64,000 nt of DNA from Prevotellaceae bacterium (lineage in GTDB: Bacteria; Bacteroidota; Bacteroidia; Bacteroidales; UBA932), in the NCBI GenBank assembly GCA_031258195.1, contig JAIRNF010000034.1:9589-73588 (forward strand), in the 5' to 3' direction. Made by a program: the position numbers and the translations under genes. Positions 10,562-19,822 of the stretch are shown here, one piece after another (the stretch's first letter is position 1; every line of letters starts with the position of its first letter). Under the pieces are notes generated by a model. The model did no database searches, had not been told where the DNA came from, and saw only the letters and a list, made by a program, of their open reading frames with translations.

Positions 10562-10761
10562 CGTGTCGAACGGAGTGAGACATCCGCTGATTAGAAGTAT
10601 GCCATACAATACTTAACTCAACTTTTTGCGGCTATTTAGCAGATTTGGCTTCGCCGAGCTAATGGTTCTCGCCACGCTCGGAATGACGAGGTCGGGAGTT
10701 GGAATGATATATAGCGCCGTATTATGTCGAACAAAGTGAGAACCGATAGTTCGGCGATAGG
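10562..10761. repeat. compound palindromic intergenic repeat (one full long element plus an extra inverted partial arm)
   Basis: CGTGTCGAACGGAGTGAGACATC pairs with ...GGCTTCGCCGAGCTAATGGTTCTCGCCACGCTCGGAATGACG. A further arm follows: TTATGTCGAACAAAGTGAGAACCGATAGTTCGGCGATAGG. Confidence 0.75.
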
Positions 10762-10865
10762 TAACAGCTATACCGAATTTAAAAGTTGTAAAGATCGACT
10801 CGTCCTGTGTAGTAAATCAAAAACTTACTATATTTGATGAACCGCTTACTTAAAATACACCTACC

Positions 10866-13343
10866 ATGATAAAACGAATTATACTTATCGCATCCGTTTT
10901 GCTTTGCGCTTATTCTCTTGCGGCAAGAGAAATCCCTATCAACGAAGTATTATACGCCGGACCATATAAAATAGCGCAACCTTATATGGTTGACAGCTTA
11001 AACGTAAAGGGCGAAAAATATGGAGAGAAGGAAATGGTTAAAACGCCCGTTTCTTTTGTCGGTATTAGAGAACAACGGTCGGTACGAGGCATTTCTAATG
11101 GCGAGCTAAAGTTCTCGAATTCAGGCAGTGAATATGCCATACATATTGTCGGGTTTTATGTTACAACCGACCGTTATGCTAAAGGAACGCTGAACGTTGA
11201 TTCTAAAGGACGGCTTGAGGTATATGTAAACGGTAAGCCGCAAGCCGCAACGAACGGAAAAGTAAAGCTGACTCTTGAACCGCGGAGGTATGAGATTATT
11301 ATAAAATACCTGCAAAAAGAAGGGGACGCTTCTTCCGGGCTTACTTTAGAAATAGAGGATGCCGCCGCTGTAACGGCTGGCGTTACTAAGGAGAGAGTAT
11401 ATACCATCAACGACGTTTTTGACGGTAAACGAATACAATCAGCTTCCATATCACCTAACGGTAAGTATGTTCTTATTATTTATCAAACAACGTTTGCGGG
11501 AGGAAAGCAGGTGTATTCTACAGAGGTGATGGATATGGAGAAGAACGTTATACTTTCTTCTACACAAAGCGGTATGCGCTGGATGCCTAAGAGTAACCTT
11601 TTGTACTATACCCGTCAGGGAATGGATGGAAAAGAGCTGGTTACGTTAGACCCGATTACGAAGGCTAAAAATATTCTCGCGGCAAATCTACCCGACGGCT
11701 CGTTTACGTTTGCTCCTACCGAAGATTTTCTTCTGTTTACTATTCGCGAGAAAGGACCGGAAAAGGATAAAGACTTACAAGAGATAATTGTTCCGGATGA
11801 TCGTCAGCCGGGTTGGCGCGACCGTTCTTTTATTCATAAGTACGATCTGAAAACAGGTGTATTGCAACGTCTAACCTATGGGCATAGCTCCACATCTATT
11901 AACGATATTTCGGAGGATGGTCGTTACTTATTATTCAGCATTCGCGAGCCCGTGCTTACAGAGCGACCGTTTACACGCGCGTCTTTGTATAGAATGGATT
12001 TACAGACGTTGCAAGTCGAAACGATTCTGAATAGCGTTAAGTTTGTTAGCAGGGCGGTGTTTTCGCCTGATATGAAGCAGCTGTTAATAGCCGGCTCTCC
12101 CGATGCTTTTGGCGGCATCGGTCTGAATATTGCTCCCGGGCAGATAGCAAACTCAGGCGATACGCAACTTTTCCTATATGATCTTTCAGACAAACAGGCA
12201 ACACCTCTCACTAAGGATTTCAACCCCTCCATAGATAGGTTTATCTGGAATCGTTATAACAGCCAGATTTACATACTGGCAAAAGATCGCGACTATGTTC
12301 GGCTATACAGTATTGATCCGGTAAAGAAAACAATTAAGAATATTCCTACTAAAGAAGACGTATTGTCGGATATATCTATCGCTACCCGGGCTCCCGAAAT
12401 GGTGTATTCCGGAATGGGCGGATCTAGCTCGCAACGTCTGTACGCGCTGGAATTTAAGAAAGACGTATCTACCTTGTTGGTCGATCTGTCGGCTGAAATA
12501 CTGAAAGGTATAAAATTAGGCGAGCAGAAAGATTGGAACTTCGCTTCTACTGCCGGAGATACCATATACGGGCGCTACTATCTGCCTCCCGACTTCGATC
12601 CGAATAAGAAGTACCCGTTGCTTGTTAACTACTATGCCGGAACTACTCCTACGGCACGTGTGCTGGAGAGTCGCTATCCCTCTCATGTGTACGCGGGGTT
12701 AGGCTATGTTGTATATGTTATACAGCCGAGCGGAGCAACCGGTTTTGGGCAGGAGTTCTCCGCGCGCCACGTAAATACTTGGGGAATACAAACTGCCGAC
12801 GAAATAATAGAGGGTACTGAGAAGTTTTGCGAAGCCCATTCTTTCGTGAACAAAGATAAGATAGGTTGTTTCGGCGCTTCGTATGGCGGTTTCATGACAA
12901 TGTACCTGCAAACTAAAACGGATATTTTTACGGCGGCTATGTCTCATGCGGGTATCAGCGATATTACCAGCTATTGGGGCGAGGGATACTGGGGATACTC
13001 ATACAGCGCGCAGGCTAGCGCCGACAGTTATCCGTGGAACGCTCGTAATCTATATGTAGATCAAAGTCCGCTTTTTAGCGCGGATAAGATTAATACCCCT
13101 ATACTATTCTTACACGGTTCCGAAGATACCAATGTGCCGATAGGCGAGAGCGTACGGATGTTTACGGCCCTGAAGCTGCTGGGTAAAGAAACGGCTCTGG
13201 TACAGGTAGAGGGCGAGAACCATCAGATTTTTCACTACGATAAGCGTATCAAGTGGAACAATACTATTTACGCCTGGTTTGCCAAGTGGTTGAAGGATGA
13301 GCCGGAGTGGTGGGACGCGCTATACCCTAAGAAAAACTTATAG
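10866..13343 (+). CDS. S9-family serine peptidase (prolyl oligopeptidase / DPP-like) with N-terminal beta-propeller region
   Basis: 825 aa with a signal peptide. The C-terminal alpha/beta hydrolase region has GCFGASYGGFM (GxSxGG nucleophile elbow) and LFLHGSEDTNVP. Confidence 0.85.
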   Translation: MIKRIILIASVLLCAYSLAAREIPINEVLYAGPYKIAQPYMVDSLNVKGEKYGEKEMVKTPVSFVGIREQRSVRGISNGELKFSNSGSEYAIHIVGFYVTTDRYAKGTLNVDSKGRLEVYVNGKPQAATNGKVKLTLEPRRYEIIIKYLQKEGDASSGLTLEIEDAAAVTAGVTKERVYTINDVFDGKRIQSASISPNGKYVLIIYQTTFAGGKQVYSTEVMDMEKNVILSSTQSGMRWMPKSNLLYYTRQGMDGKELVTLDPITKAKNILAANLPDGSFTFAPTEDFLLFTIREKGPEKDKDLQEIIVPDDRQPGWRDRSFIHKYDLKTGVLQRLTYGHSSTSINDISEDGRYLLFSIREPVLTERPFTRASLYRMDLQTLQVETILNSVKFVSRAVFSPDMKQLLIAGSPDAFGGIGLNIAPGQIANSGDTQLFLYDLSDKQATPLTKDFNPSIDRFIWNRYNSQIYILAKDRDYVRLYSIDPVKKTIKNIPTKEDVLSDISIATRAPEMVYSGMGGSSSQRLYALEFKKDVSTLLVDLSAEILKGIKLGEQKDWNFASTAGDTIYGRYYLPPDFDPNKKYPLLVNYYAGTTPTARVLESRYPSHVYAGLGYVVYVIQPSGATGFGQEFSARHVNTWGIQTADEIIEGTEKFCEAHSFVNKDKIGCFGASYGGFMTMYLQTKTDIFTAAMSHAGISDITSYWGEGYWGYSYSAQASADSYPWNARNLYVDQSPLFSADKINTPILFLHGSEDTNVPIGESVRMFTALKLLGKETALVQVEGENHQIFHYDKRIKWNNTIYAWFAKWLKDEPEWWDALYPKKNL

Positions 13344-13364
13344 CTCCACGCGCACAGATATAAA

Positions 13365-13398
13365 CAAACCCTACCGTACGGTAGGGTTTGTCGTTTTT
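13365..13398 (+). terminator. rho-independent terminator after the S9 peptidase gene
   Basis: Perfect palindrome CAAACCCTACCGTACGGTAGGGTTTG followed by TCGTTTTT, 22 nt after the stop. Confidence 0.8.
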
Positions 13399-13572
13399 GG
13401 TAGCCTGCTTAGCTTTCTATGATTTTTCTTAGATCAAAACGGCACTTTTTATTTTTATTGATTTTTTAATTTTTCTAACGGTTTTATCAAATAATACAAG
13501 TTTCTTAAAGTATTGTTCTGGTATTGCTATCGGTTAGCCATTACGTAAATAGAGATGGAGGTGTTGCCGGAA

Positions 13573-14046
13573 TTATACCGCGAAAGCTTTTCGACGTTTA
13601 TCTTTTGCTTTAGCCTTAATAACCTCGACCAGCGCGGCAATAATCTCGGCGTTGGTTACCTCTTCCTTATCGGAGTAGATTAGGTAGTCTGCAAATCCGG
13701 TTTTCGTTATTAAAATGGAAACATCGGCAAAGCCAAAATCTTTTGTCAGAATAGAAATATCCGCAATTCCCCAGCTTTTTAGAACGACAGACCGGTCTCC
13801 AAAGCCTGTATGTTTAAGGATGAAATGGGCATTACGCTTATTATTGGTAATACCAACGCTGATATCGGCAAAACCGGAGTCTTTAAAAAGAACGCCGATA
13901 TCTCCAAACCCCGTGTCTTTAACTACGATTGTTATATCTGCAATTCCCGACTCTTTAATAACCACGGTTTCTTGGCTGTAAGCGTTTATTAATACTGTTG
14001 TAAATAGTACCAGTACCGCTAGTCTTTTAATCGCAATATTTTTCAT
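13573..14046 (-). CDS. secreted tandem-repeat protein (seven ~12-13-aa K-x-[ST]-G-[FI]-[AG]-D-[IV] repeats)
   Basis: 157 aa with a signal peptide (MKNIAIKRLAVLVLFTTVLINAYSQ). Repeats follow: KESGIADITIVV / KDTGFGDIGVLF / KDSGFADISVGI / KHTGFGDRSVVL / KSWGIADISILT / KDFGFADVSILI / KTGFADYLIY. The tail is basic. No family name is assigned. Confidence 0.65.
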   Translation of the reverse strand: MKNIAIKRLAVLVLFTTVLINAYSQETVVIKESGIADITIVVKDTGFGDIGVLFKDSGFADISVGITNNKRNAHFILKHTGFGDRSVVLKSWGIADISILTKDFGFADVSILITKTGFADYLIYSDKEEVTNAEIIAALVEVIKAKAKDKRRKAFAV

Positions 14047-14071
14047 AAGCTCTTGTTTTTCCTTCTTTTCG

Positions 14072-14578
14072 CTACCTCGTTTTTACAGATCTGATAATAT
14101 AAAACGCTAGCATAATAAGTATTACTCCAAGCGAGAGCGATAGAACGCGCCCGTTAAGCTCATCGCTCTCTTGTGTTGCCATGCTAATTGTTTTAAACGT
14201 AATGTATCCGAATAGCAAAACCAGCATCGACTTTAAATATCTTAACATTCTTGTCGCGGCAGCGTATTGCCGTAAAGCATTCTCCTCGGTTATTTTAATG
14301 AGGTAGTTAAAAACGCGCGGATACCTGTTTACTATTGTTAACCCGACAAACAGTATGGTGGCGATAAAGGGGAGAAGCGGAATGGTTGCTTTTGCGCCGT
14401 ATCCGTCAACCTCTCCGGCAGCGTTGTAGTGGGTTGGTATAATATCCGGCAGCTTATTATAGCTAGCTAGCGTAAAAGCCCAAGCCGCAAATAGCATAGC
14501 CCGGCCAACGGCTTCAACAATCCGGTCGGCCGGCGTAAGCTCTATTTTTAGTCTAGGTCGTTTGCGCATCTTTGTCAA
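14072..14578 (-). CDS. DUF1648-like small polytopic membrane protein
   Basis: 168 aa with four hydrophobic segments. The motif IPTHYNAAGEVDGYG is as remembered for DUF1648/SdpI-N-like proteins. Confidence 0.6.
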   Translation of the reverse strand: MTKMRKRPRLKIELTPADRIVEAVGRAMLFAAWAFTLASYNKLPDIIPTHYNAAGEVDGYGAKATIPLLPFIATILFVGLTIVNRYPRVFNYLIKITEENALRQYAAATRMLRYLKSMLVLLFGYITFKTISMATQESDELNGRVLSLSLGVILIMLAFYIIRSVKTR

Positions 14579-14598
14579 TATACTACAGTATAATTCTT

Positions 14599-15414
14599 TT
14601 ATTCAGCGTTCGCAATGCTACGGCATAACTTTCTATCTCTCTCTAATTCTTTTAATTTCTTAGGGTTGTAAGTCCAATTTAGTAAAGGTGTATGCGTAGA
14701 TATTAAATCTTTTTCAATAGAAAAATCTCCATCAAATTTTATCCAGCTTACTTCTAAATTTTCTCGCATCCAATTTATAATAGATATTTCGTTTTGGGGA
14801 GAGAATGTGTAATTCTTTTTATTGCTTTTATCTTTTAGCGAACCCTTTTCCGGTCGATATCCTAACACTGCGCCTATACTTCGGAAAAAAGTCCCGCGCC
14901 CTATAGCATTCGGCTCCTGATTGTAAAATCTTTTTCTTAGTGTTTGACCTTCGGCTTTTCCTATGTATAAAAGCCTATCGGGTAGCAAATATTTTTGATA
15001 CTCATTGGGAAATTTACTTTCTTTTCTAAGTCGGACGCGGTGGAACCCGCGCATATCAAGTTTTGTTAGATCGATATTTGGAATTCTTACGAATGAGCTA
15101 TTTGCCGTCAATGATTTCAAATCCGTATTTTGCGGTTTATTTATTTGTGAAATTTGCTTTTTTGGTTTTTCTTGAATGCTTTGAGTAGCTGTTGAACTTG
15201 AGGAGTTTTCTATAATATTAATGCGTCCTGATCGAACTTCAATGTCAAAATCACCAGCAGAAAAGCCATTGTGATAATCGCTTATGTAGAATCCGATATT
15301 TCTCAACTTTTGACGAACATTTTTTAATGTGCCTCGCCCGAGGGTGTCTAGCTGTTTTAACGAGCGCCTGATTTGATAAGCCTCTTGTTCTGCGAATATA
15401 TTTTTACGAGTCAT
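14599..15414 (-). CDS. GIY-YIG-like domain protein (C-terminal) with unknown N-terminal domain and a low-complexity linker
   Basis: 271 aa. The C-terminal half, LLYIGKAEGQTLRKRFYNQEP...GRGTFFRSIGAVLGY, resembles the GIY-YIG core (Y-I-G, downstream Arg). The gene is AT-rich by eye. Confidence 0.55.
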   Translation of the reverse strand: MTRKNIFAEQEAYQIRRSLKQLDTLGRGTLKNVRQKLRNIGFYISDYHNGFSAGDFDIEVRSGRINIIENSSSSTATQSIQEKPKKQISQINKPQNTDLKSLTANSSFVRIPNIDLTKLDMRGFHRVRLRKESKFPNEYQKYLLPDRLLYIGKAEGQTLRKRFYNQEPNAIGRGTFFRSIGAVLGYRPEKGSLKDKSNKKNYTFSPQNEISIINWMRENLEVSWIKFDGDFSIEKDLISTHTPLLNWTYNPKKLKELERDRKLCRSIANAE

Positions 15415-15577
15415 ATCACAATCAATTAATCCAAAATGGTATTCATACAGGTGTTCATACTGCGGATGGAATTATTCTACCGGCTTAGTCTCCGCATTTC
15501 AATTTTATACTGCTTAAAATTATAAAGATTTATCAGAAAAACCTGTATTTAAAGTCTTTCATAGCCAAAAATATTCC

Positions 15578-15660
15578 CGTCATGTCGAACGAAGTGAGGC
15601 ATCTACCGTAAAGCAGTAGCGCCTTGAATGAGGAGATGTCTCACTTCGTTCGACATGACG
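15578..15660. repeat. palindromic intergenic repeat, long form
   Basis: CGTCATGTCGAACGAAGTGAGGCATCT pairs with AGATGTCTCACTTCGTTCGACATGACG. The spacer contains CCTTGAATGAGG. The start of track ORF 15624 lies inside this repeat and is probably spurious. Confidence 0.85.
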
Positions 15661-15704
15661 ATTGCTGTATTGTTTGTATCTTTGAGTATCTTCATGTACA
15701 AATA

Positions 15705-16517
15705 ATGCACGATTCCATGTCTGGCTATAATACATCCAAAGAAATTGCCTACGAGTTTTGCCAGTCGGGAGTTGGTAAGGCTAAAATGCCTACATCAAAG
15801 TTTATCTTAATCGCCATACTCGGCGGTATTTATATCGCTTTCGGCGGATTGCTCTACCTAAGGGTCGCGGGAGGCTCGCCTACGTTAGCGGCCGAAAACC
15901 CCGGTATGGTAAAATTTCTGGGAGGCGCTATGTTCCCCATAGGGCTTATTATGGTTACCGTTGCCGGTGCCGACTTTTTTACCAGCGATCGTACCGCAAT
16001 GGCGCTACCCGTAATGCGGAAGCAGCTTAAGGCGACATCGCCGCTTCGTATATGGGGCTTGTCGTACTTGTTTAACTTTGTGGGGGCTGTGGTTGTAGCA
16101 TATTTTTTGCCTACAAAACGGGCTTTGTAGCCGCCTCGCCCCGGCAGGAGTTTTCGCGTAACAGCGTGTACGTAAAAACACATTCCTCGTTTTTTACCAT
16201 CTTCATTAGAAGGGGTAGGGGCTAACCGGCTGGTATGTCTGGGCGCATGGATGGGTTTTGCGGGCAAAGATATTATTAGCAAAAGTATAGGGATTTGGAT
16301 TCCTGTTATGCTTTTCGTAACAATGGGCTTCGAACACTCTATTGCCAATATGTTCTTTATTCCCGCCGGAATATTTGCTGGCGCCGATGTTACCTGGGCG
16401 GAGTTTGGTATAAATAACCTTATTCCCGCTACGCTGGGTAATATTGTCGGCGGCGCTGTTTTTGCGGGTTGTGCCTACTGGTATATTTATCTTCAAGGGG
16501 ATAGCGTTAAGCGATAA
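15705..16517 (+). pseudogene. focA: formate/nitrite transporter (FocA/NirC family), two 1-nt frameshifts as sequenced
   Basis: The gene is split across three frames. Frame 1 reads ...MFPIGLIMVTVAGADFFTS...NFVGAVVVAYF. Frame 2 reads FAYKTGFVAA...VKTHSSFFTIFIR. Frame 3 reads GVGANRLVCLGAWMGFAGKD...GFEHSIANMFFIPAG. The shifts fall at a T6 run (16103-16108) and at AGAAGGGG (16208-16215). Confidence 0.75.
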
Positions 16518-16534
16518 GTAAGCGTTTCTTTTTA

Positions 16535-16718
16535 CGCCATGTCGAACGTAGCGATAACCGTTAGCTCGGCGAAGCCGTATTTCCTTAACAGGAGCATAAC
16601 GTTACATAGCGCGCACGGTATGGAAGACAGCCAGAATATTATCGCGTTCAGCATTTTACCTCTATAGAAGAGATTAGCTTCGCCGAACTCGCGGTTCCTC
16701 CCGCTGGTCGGAATGGCG
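16535..16718. repeat. palindromic intergenic repeat, both arms of the insert-bearing class, long spacer
   Basis: CGCCATGTCGAACGTAGCGATAACCGTTAGCTCGGCGAAGC pairs with GCTTCGCCGAACTCGCGGTTCCTCCCGCTGGTCGGAATGGCG. Confidence 0.75.
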
Positions 16719-16814
16719 AAGATTTTTTTGCTTAACGCTTTTCAACGAATCCTTAACGTTATGTTCCGCTTTATTTTCTTATATTTGTTGAACTAACAAC
16801 TAACAGCTAGAATT

Positions 16815-17390
16815 ATGGATGCCTGGTGGACTTCGCTGGAGCTTTTTCAGAAGGTAATGTGGTGTATAGCCATACCGGCGAGTATTATTTTTGTAGTACA
16901 AATGATTATGACGTTTGTCGGTATGGATTCCGACGGCGGTCTTGACGGAGATGTCGGAGGTGCTGATGTCGAAGCGGGAGAAACTCCTTTTCAGCTCTTT
17001 ACCTTTCGTAACCTTATAAACTTCTTCTTAGGTTTTTCGTGGACGGGGATTTCGTTCTATGACACCATCGAGAATAAGTTCTGGTTGGTTGTTTTGGCGG
17101 CTTTCCTCGGAGTGCTGCTTGTTGCCATTGTTATGCTGATGTTTTATATGCTTAGCAAAACAACGCAAAGCGGTAATATAAACATTAAAGATACCGTGGG
17201 GCTTACGGCTACCGTTTACTATCCTATTGTTGCGAACAGAGAGCGGGCAGGTAAGATACAGGTAAGCGTAAAAGGCGCCATAAGAGAATATGACGCAATG
17301 ACTGCCGGCGATGCCCTTAAAACAGGAGAGCTGGTACGAATTATAAATGTTATAGAAGGAAATATTCTGCTTGTAGAAAAGGTGCTGTAA
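16815..17390 (+). CDS. NfeD/YqiJ-like membrane protein (TM N-terminus plus C-terminal OB-like domain)
   Basis: 191 aa with three hydrophobic segments and then a soluble C-terminal domain. It sits immediately upstream of a flotillin gene, the classic NfeD/YqiJ-SPFH pairing. Confidence 0.65.
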   Translation: MDAWWTSLELFQKVMWCIAIPASIIFVVQMIMTFVGMDSDGGLDGDVGGADVEAGETPFQLFTFRNLINFFLGFSWTGISFYDTIENKFWLVVLAAFLGVLLVAIVMLMFYMLSKTTQSGNINIKDTVGLTATVYYPIVANRERAGKIQVSVKGAIREYDAMTAGDALKTGELVRIINVIEGNILLVEKVL

Positions 17391-17507
17391 TTCGAAGATT
17401 TGAAAATTCAAAGCTTAAAGCGTCTCTGCCGAATATCTTAAAACCTTGAACCTGAAACCTTAAATCAAAAACCCTAAGCTGTAGCTAATCAATAACCATA
17501 CATAACT

Positions 17508-18956
17508 ATGATTGAAATGAGCGAAATTACCATTATCATTGTATTTGCAGTAGTAATATTTGTCAGCTTTGCTGCCATACTATCGCGCTACAAACGTTGT
17601 CCGTCCGACCGCATTCTGGTTGTTTACGGTAAAACCGGAAAGAATAAAGACGGAGGAACAAACTCCGCAAGATGTATTCATGGGGGGGCAGCCTTTATAT
17701 GGCCCGTATTCCAGAGCTATGCATTTCTCGACCTTACCCCTATCCCCATAGAATGTAACCTTACCAACGCGCTGAGTAAGCAGAATATCCGCGTTGACGT
17801 ACCTTGCCGCTTTACTGTCGGTATTTCTACCGAGCCGGATAACATGACTAATGCCGCCGAGCGTCTTTTAGGTCTTACGCAAGATAATATTCAGGATTTG
17901 GCAAGAGATATCCTTTTCGGTCAGCTGCGTCTGGTTATCGCAACAATGGATATCGAAGAAATTAACTCCGACCGCGATAAGTTCCTTATCAACGTAAGCC
18001 AGAACGTAGAGCTCGAACTTCGTAAGATCGGTCTTAAGCTTATCAACGTAAACGTTACCGACATTAAAGACGAATCGGGTTACATTGAAGCGCTTGGAAA
18101 AGAAGCCGCAGCAAAAGCTATCAACGAGGCTAAGAAAAGCGTTGCCGAGCAGAACCGCTTTGGTGAAATCGGTAAGGCGGAAGCCGACAGGGATAAAGAC
18201 ATCCGTATTGCCGAGACGCAACGCGATACCCGCGTACGCACCGCCGATGCAAATGCTACGGCAGTTGAGGGAGAAAATACGGCAAAGATAACCATTGCAA
18301 ACTCGGATGCTGTACGCCGTGAGCGCGAGGCGGAAGCTCAACGTCGTGCTATCGCGGCAGAAAAAGTTCAGAGCGCAAAAGCGTTAGAAGAAGCCTATGC
18401 GGCAGAACGTGAGGCGGAGCTGGTTCGCGCCGACCGCGAGCGCGCATCGCAAAAAGCAAATATTGTTGTTCCTGCTGAAATTGAGAAAGAGAAAGCTATT
18501 ATCGAGGCAGAGGCAGAAGCAGAAACCTTCCGCCGTAAAGCGAGAGGAGAGGCAGATGCCATCTACGCTAAGATGGAAGCTCAGGCAAAAGGTATTAACG
18601 AGATTCTTACCAAGCAGGCAGACGGTTTCGCGGAGATTGTAAAGGCAGCTAACAACGATGCGCAAAAGGCTGTGCTATTAATGATCTCGGATAAATTACC
18701 CGAGCTGGTTAAAACTCAGGTCGAAGCGGTTAAGAACATTAAAATCGATAAGATTACCGTTTGGGACGGTCAGAACGGCGGAAATACCAACGGAAAGACA
18801 TCGACAGCTAACTTTATTTCGGGCTTAATGCGGTCTGTACCACCGCTTAACGACCTGTTTAATATGGCAGGTATGCGGCTGCCCAACTACTTAGGCGACG
18901 AAAAGGATAAAGAAGCGGCTGACGAAGCCGAAGTGGTAGAAACACCTAAAAAATAG
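17508..18956 (+). CDS. flotillin / SPFH-domain protein (YqiK-like)
   Basis: 482 aa: an N-terminal TM segment, an SPFH region, then a long Ala/Glu/Arg-rich coiled coil (AEAQRRAIAAEKVQSAKALEEAYAAEREAE). Confidence 0.85.
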   Translation: MIEMSEITIIIVFAVVIFVSFAAILSRYKRCPSDRILVVYGKTGKNKDGGTNSARCIHGGAAFIWPVFQSYAFLDLTPIPIECNLTNALSKQNIRVDVPCRFTVGISTEPDNMTNAAERLLGLTQDNIQDLARDILFGQLRLVIATMDIEEINSDRDKFLINVSQNVELELRKIGLKLINVNVTDIKDESGYIEALGKEAAAKAINEAKKSVAEQNRFGEIGKAEADRDKDIRIAETQRDTRVRTADANATAVEGENTAKITIANSDAVRREREAEAQRRAIAAEKVQSAKALEEAYAAEREAELVRADRERASQKANIVVPAEIEKEKAIIEAEAEAETFRRKARGEADAIYAKMEAQAKGINEILTKQADGFAEIVKAANNDAQKAVLLMISDKLPELVKTQVEAVKNIKIDKITVWDGQNGGNTNGKTSTANFISGLMRSVPPLNDLFNMAGMRLPNYLGDEKDKEAADEAEVVETPKK

Positions 18957-19048
18957 GCGACTAACGCTACTGGTCAACAAAATAAGCCGCAAGCTGTTTA
19001 TATATAACCATGTACATTTGGCATACATGTTGTATATCGTTATAGTAT

Positions 19049-19492
19049 ATGTTGAATAAAAAATTGAATATGAAAAAGTTACTATTAGCCGTATCAATTC
19101 TTTGCCTATCTGCTACCCTAGGGTTAAGCCAGGGTGTCAAGTTCGAAGAAGGTACATGGGCGGAAGTGGTTGCTAAAGCAAAGGCAGAAAACAAGCCCAT
19201 ATTTGTAGATTTATACGCTACCTGGTGTGGTCCGTGTAAAGTAATGGCGAAGAATACGTTTACCGATAATAACGTTGGAAATAAGTTCAATGCCTCATTT
19301 ATAAGCTACAGGATCGATGCGGAGAAGGGAGAGGGGTTGACTCTTGTTAAAAAATATCCTATCAAGGGCTATCCTACCTGTATATTTGTAAACCCATCGG
19401 ACGAAAAGGAGATTTACCGGTTTATGGGGGCAAGAACTCCTTCGGAACTTTTAGAAGAAGCCAATAAAGCTTTAGAGAAAGTCAAGAAGTAA
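19049..19492 (+). CDS. secreted thioredoxin-family protein
   Basis: Signal peptide MKKLLLAVSILCLSA and the WCGPC active site in VDLYATWCGPCKVM. The real start may be the Met at 19067. Confidence 0.8.
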   Translation: MLNKKLNMKKLLLAVSILCLSATLGLSQGVKFEEGTWAEVVAKAKAENKPIFVDLYATWCGPCKVMAKNTFTDNNVGNKFNASFISYRIDAEKGEGLTLVKKYPIKGYPTCIFVNPSDEKEIYRFMGARTPSELLEEANKALEKVKK

Positions 19493-19510
19493 ATCCGAAT
19501 TATTGTAAAA

Positions 19511-19548
19511 AGAAAAGCAGATGAATGTTCATCTGCTTTTCTTTTTTA
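19511..19548. terminator. bidirectional hairpin terminator between convergent genes
   Basis: AGAAAAGCAGATGAA-TG-TTCATCTGCTTTTCT followed by TTTTTATTT on the + strand. It lies between the trx-like gene (+) and the 86-aa gene (-). Confidence 0.75.
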
Positions 19549-19561
19549 TTTGACATAGGAG

Positions 19562-19822
19562 CTAGCTTTGAGACTCTTTAATAATGTCTTTTGCCATGTT
19601 GAGTATGGCGGGGTCGTCGAATGCAACGATGCCTCCGTCCGGTCCTCCCTGCTCGAAATGAACACCGGGAACCGATCCGTTTATAAAATTAGTCGCGCCG
19701 AAATAGTTTCTAACTGTATCGGGCGCGATATCTAATGCATCAGCAATTCTTTGCATACTTCCATGCGGCAGCGAGTCTTTAATCCTTCTAAGTTCGTTGA
19801 AGGTTATTGTAATCTTCTCCAT
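19562..19822 (-). CDS. small helix-turn-helix-like protein
   Basis: 86 aa. MQRIADALDIAPDTVRNYF resembles an HTH recognition segment. No family is assigned. Confidence 0.5.
   Translation of the reverse strand: MEKITITFNELRRIKDSLPHGSMQRIADALDIAPDTVRNYFGATNFINGSVPGVHFEQGGPDGGIVAFDDPAILNMAKDIIKESQS

Noticed and set aside
15624-15704. An N-terminal extension of focA (MNEEMSHFVRHDDCC...).
   Set aside because: These codons are the right arm of the palindromic repeat (15634-15660) and its flank. The conserved FocA sequence begins later.
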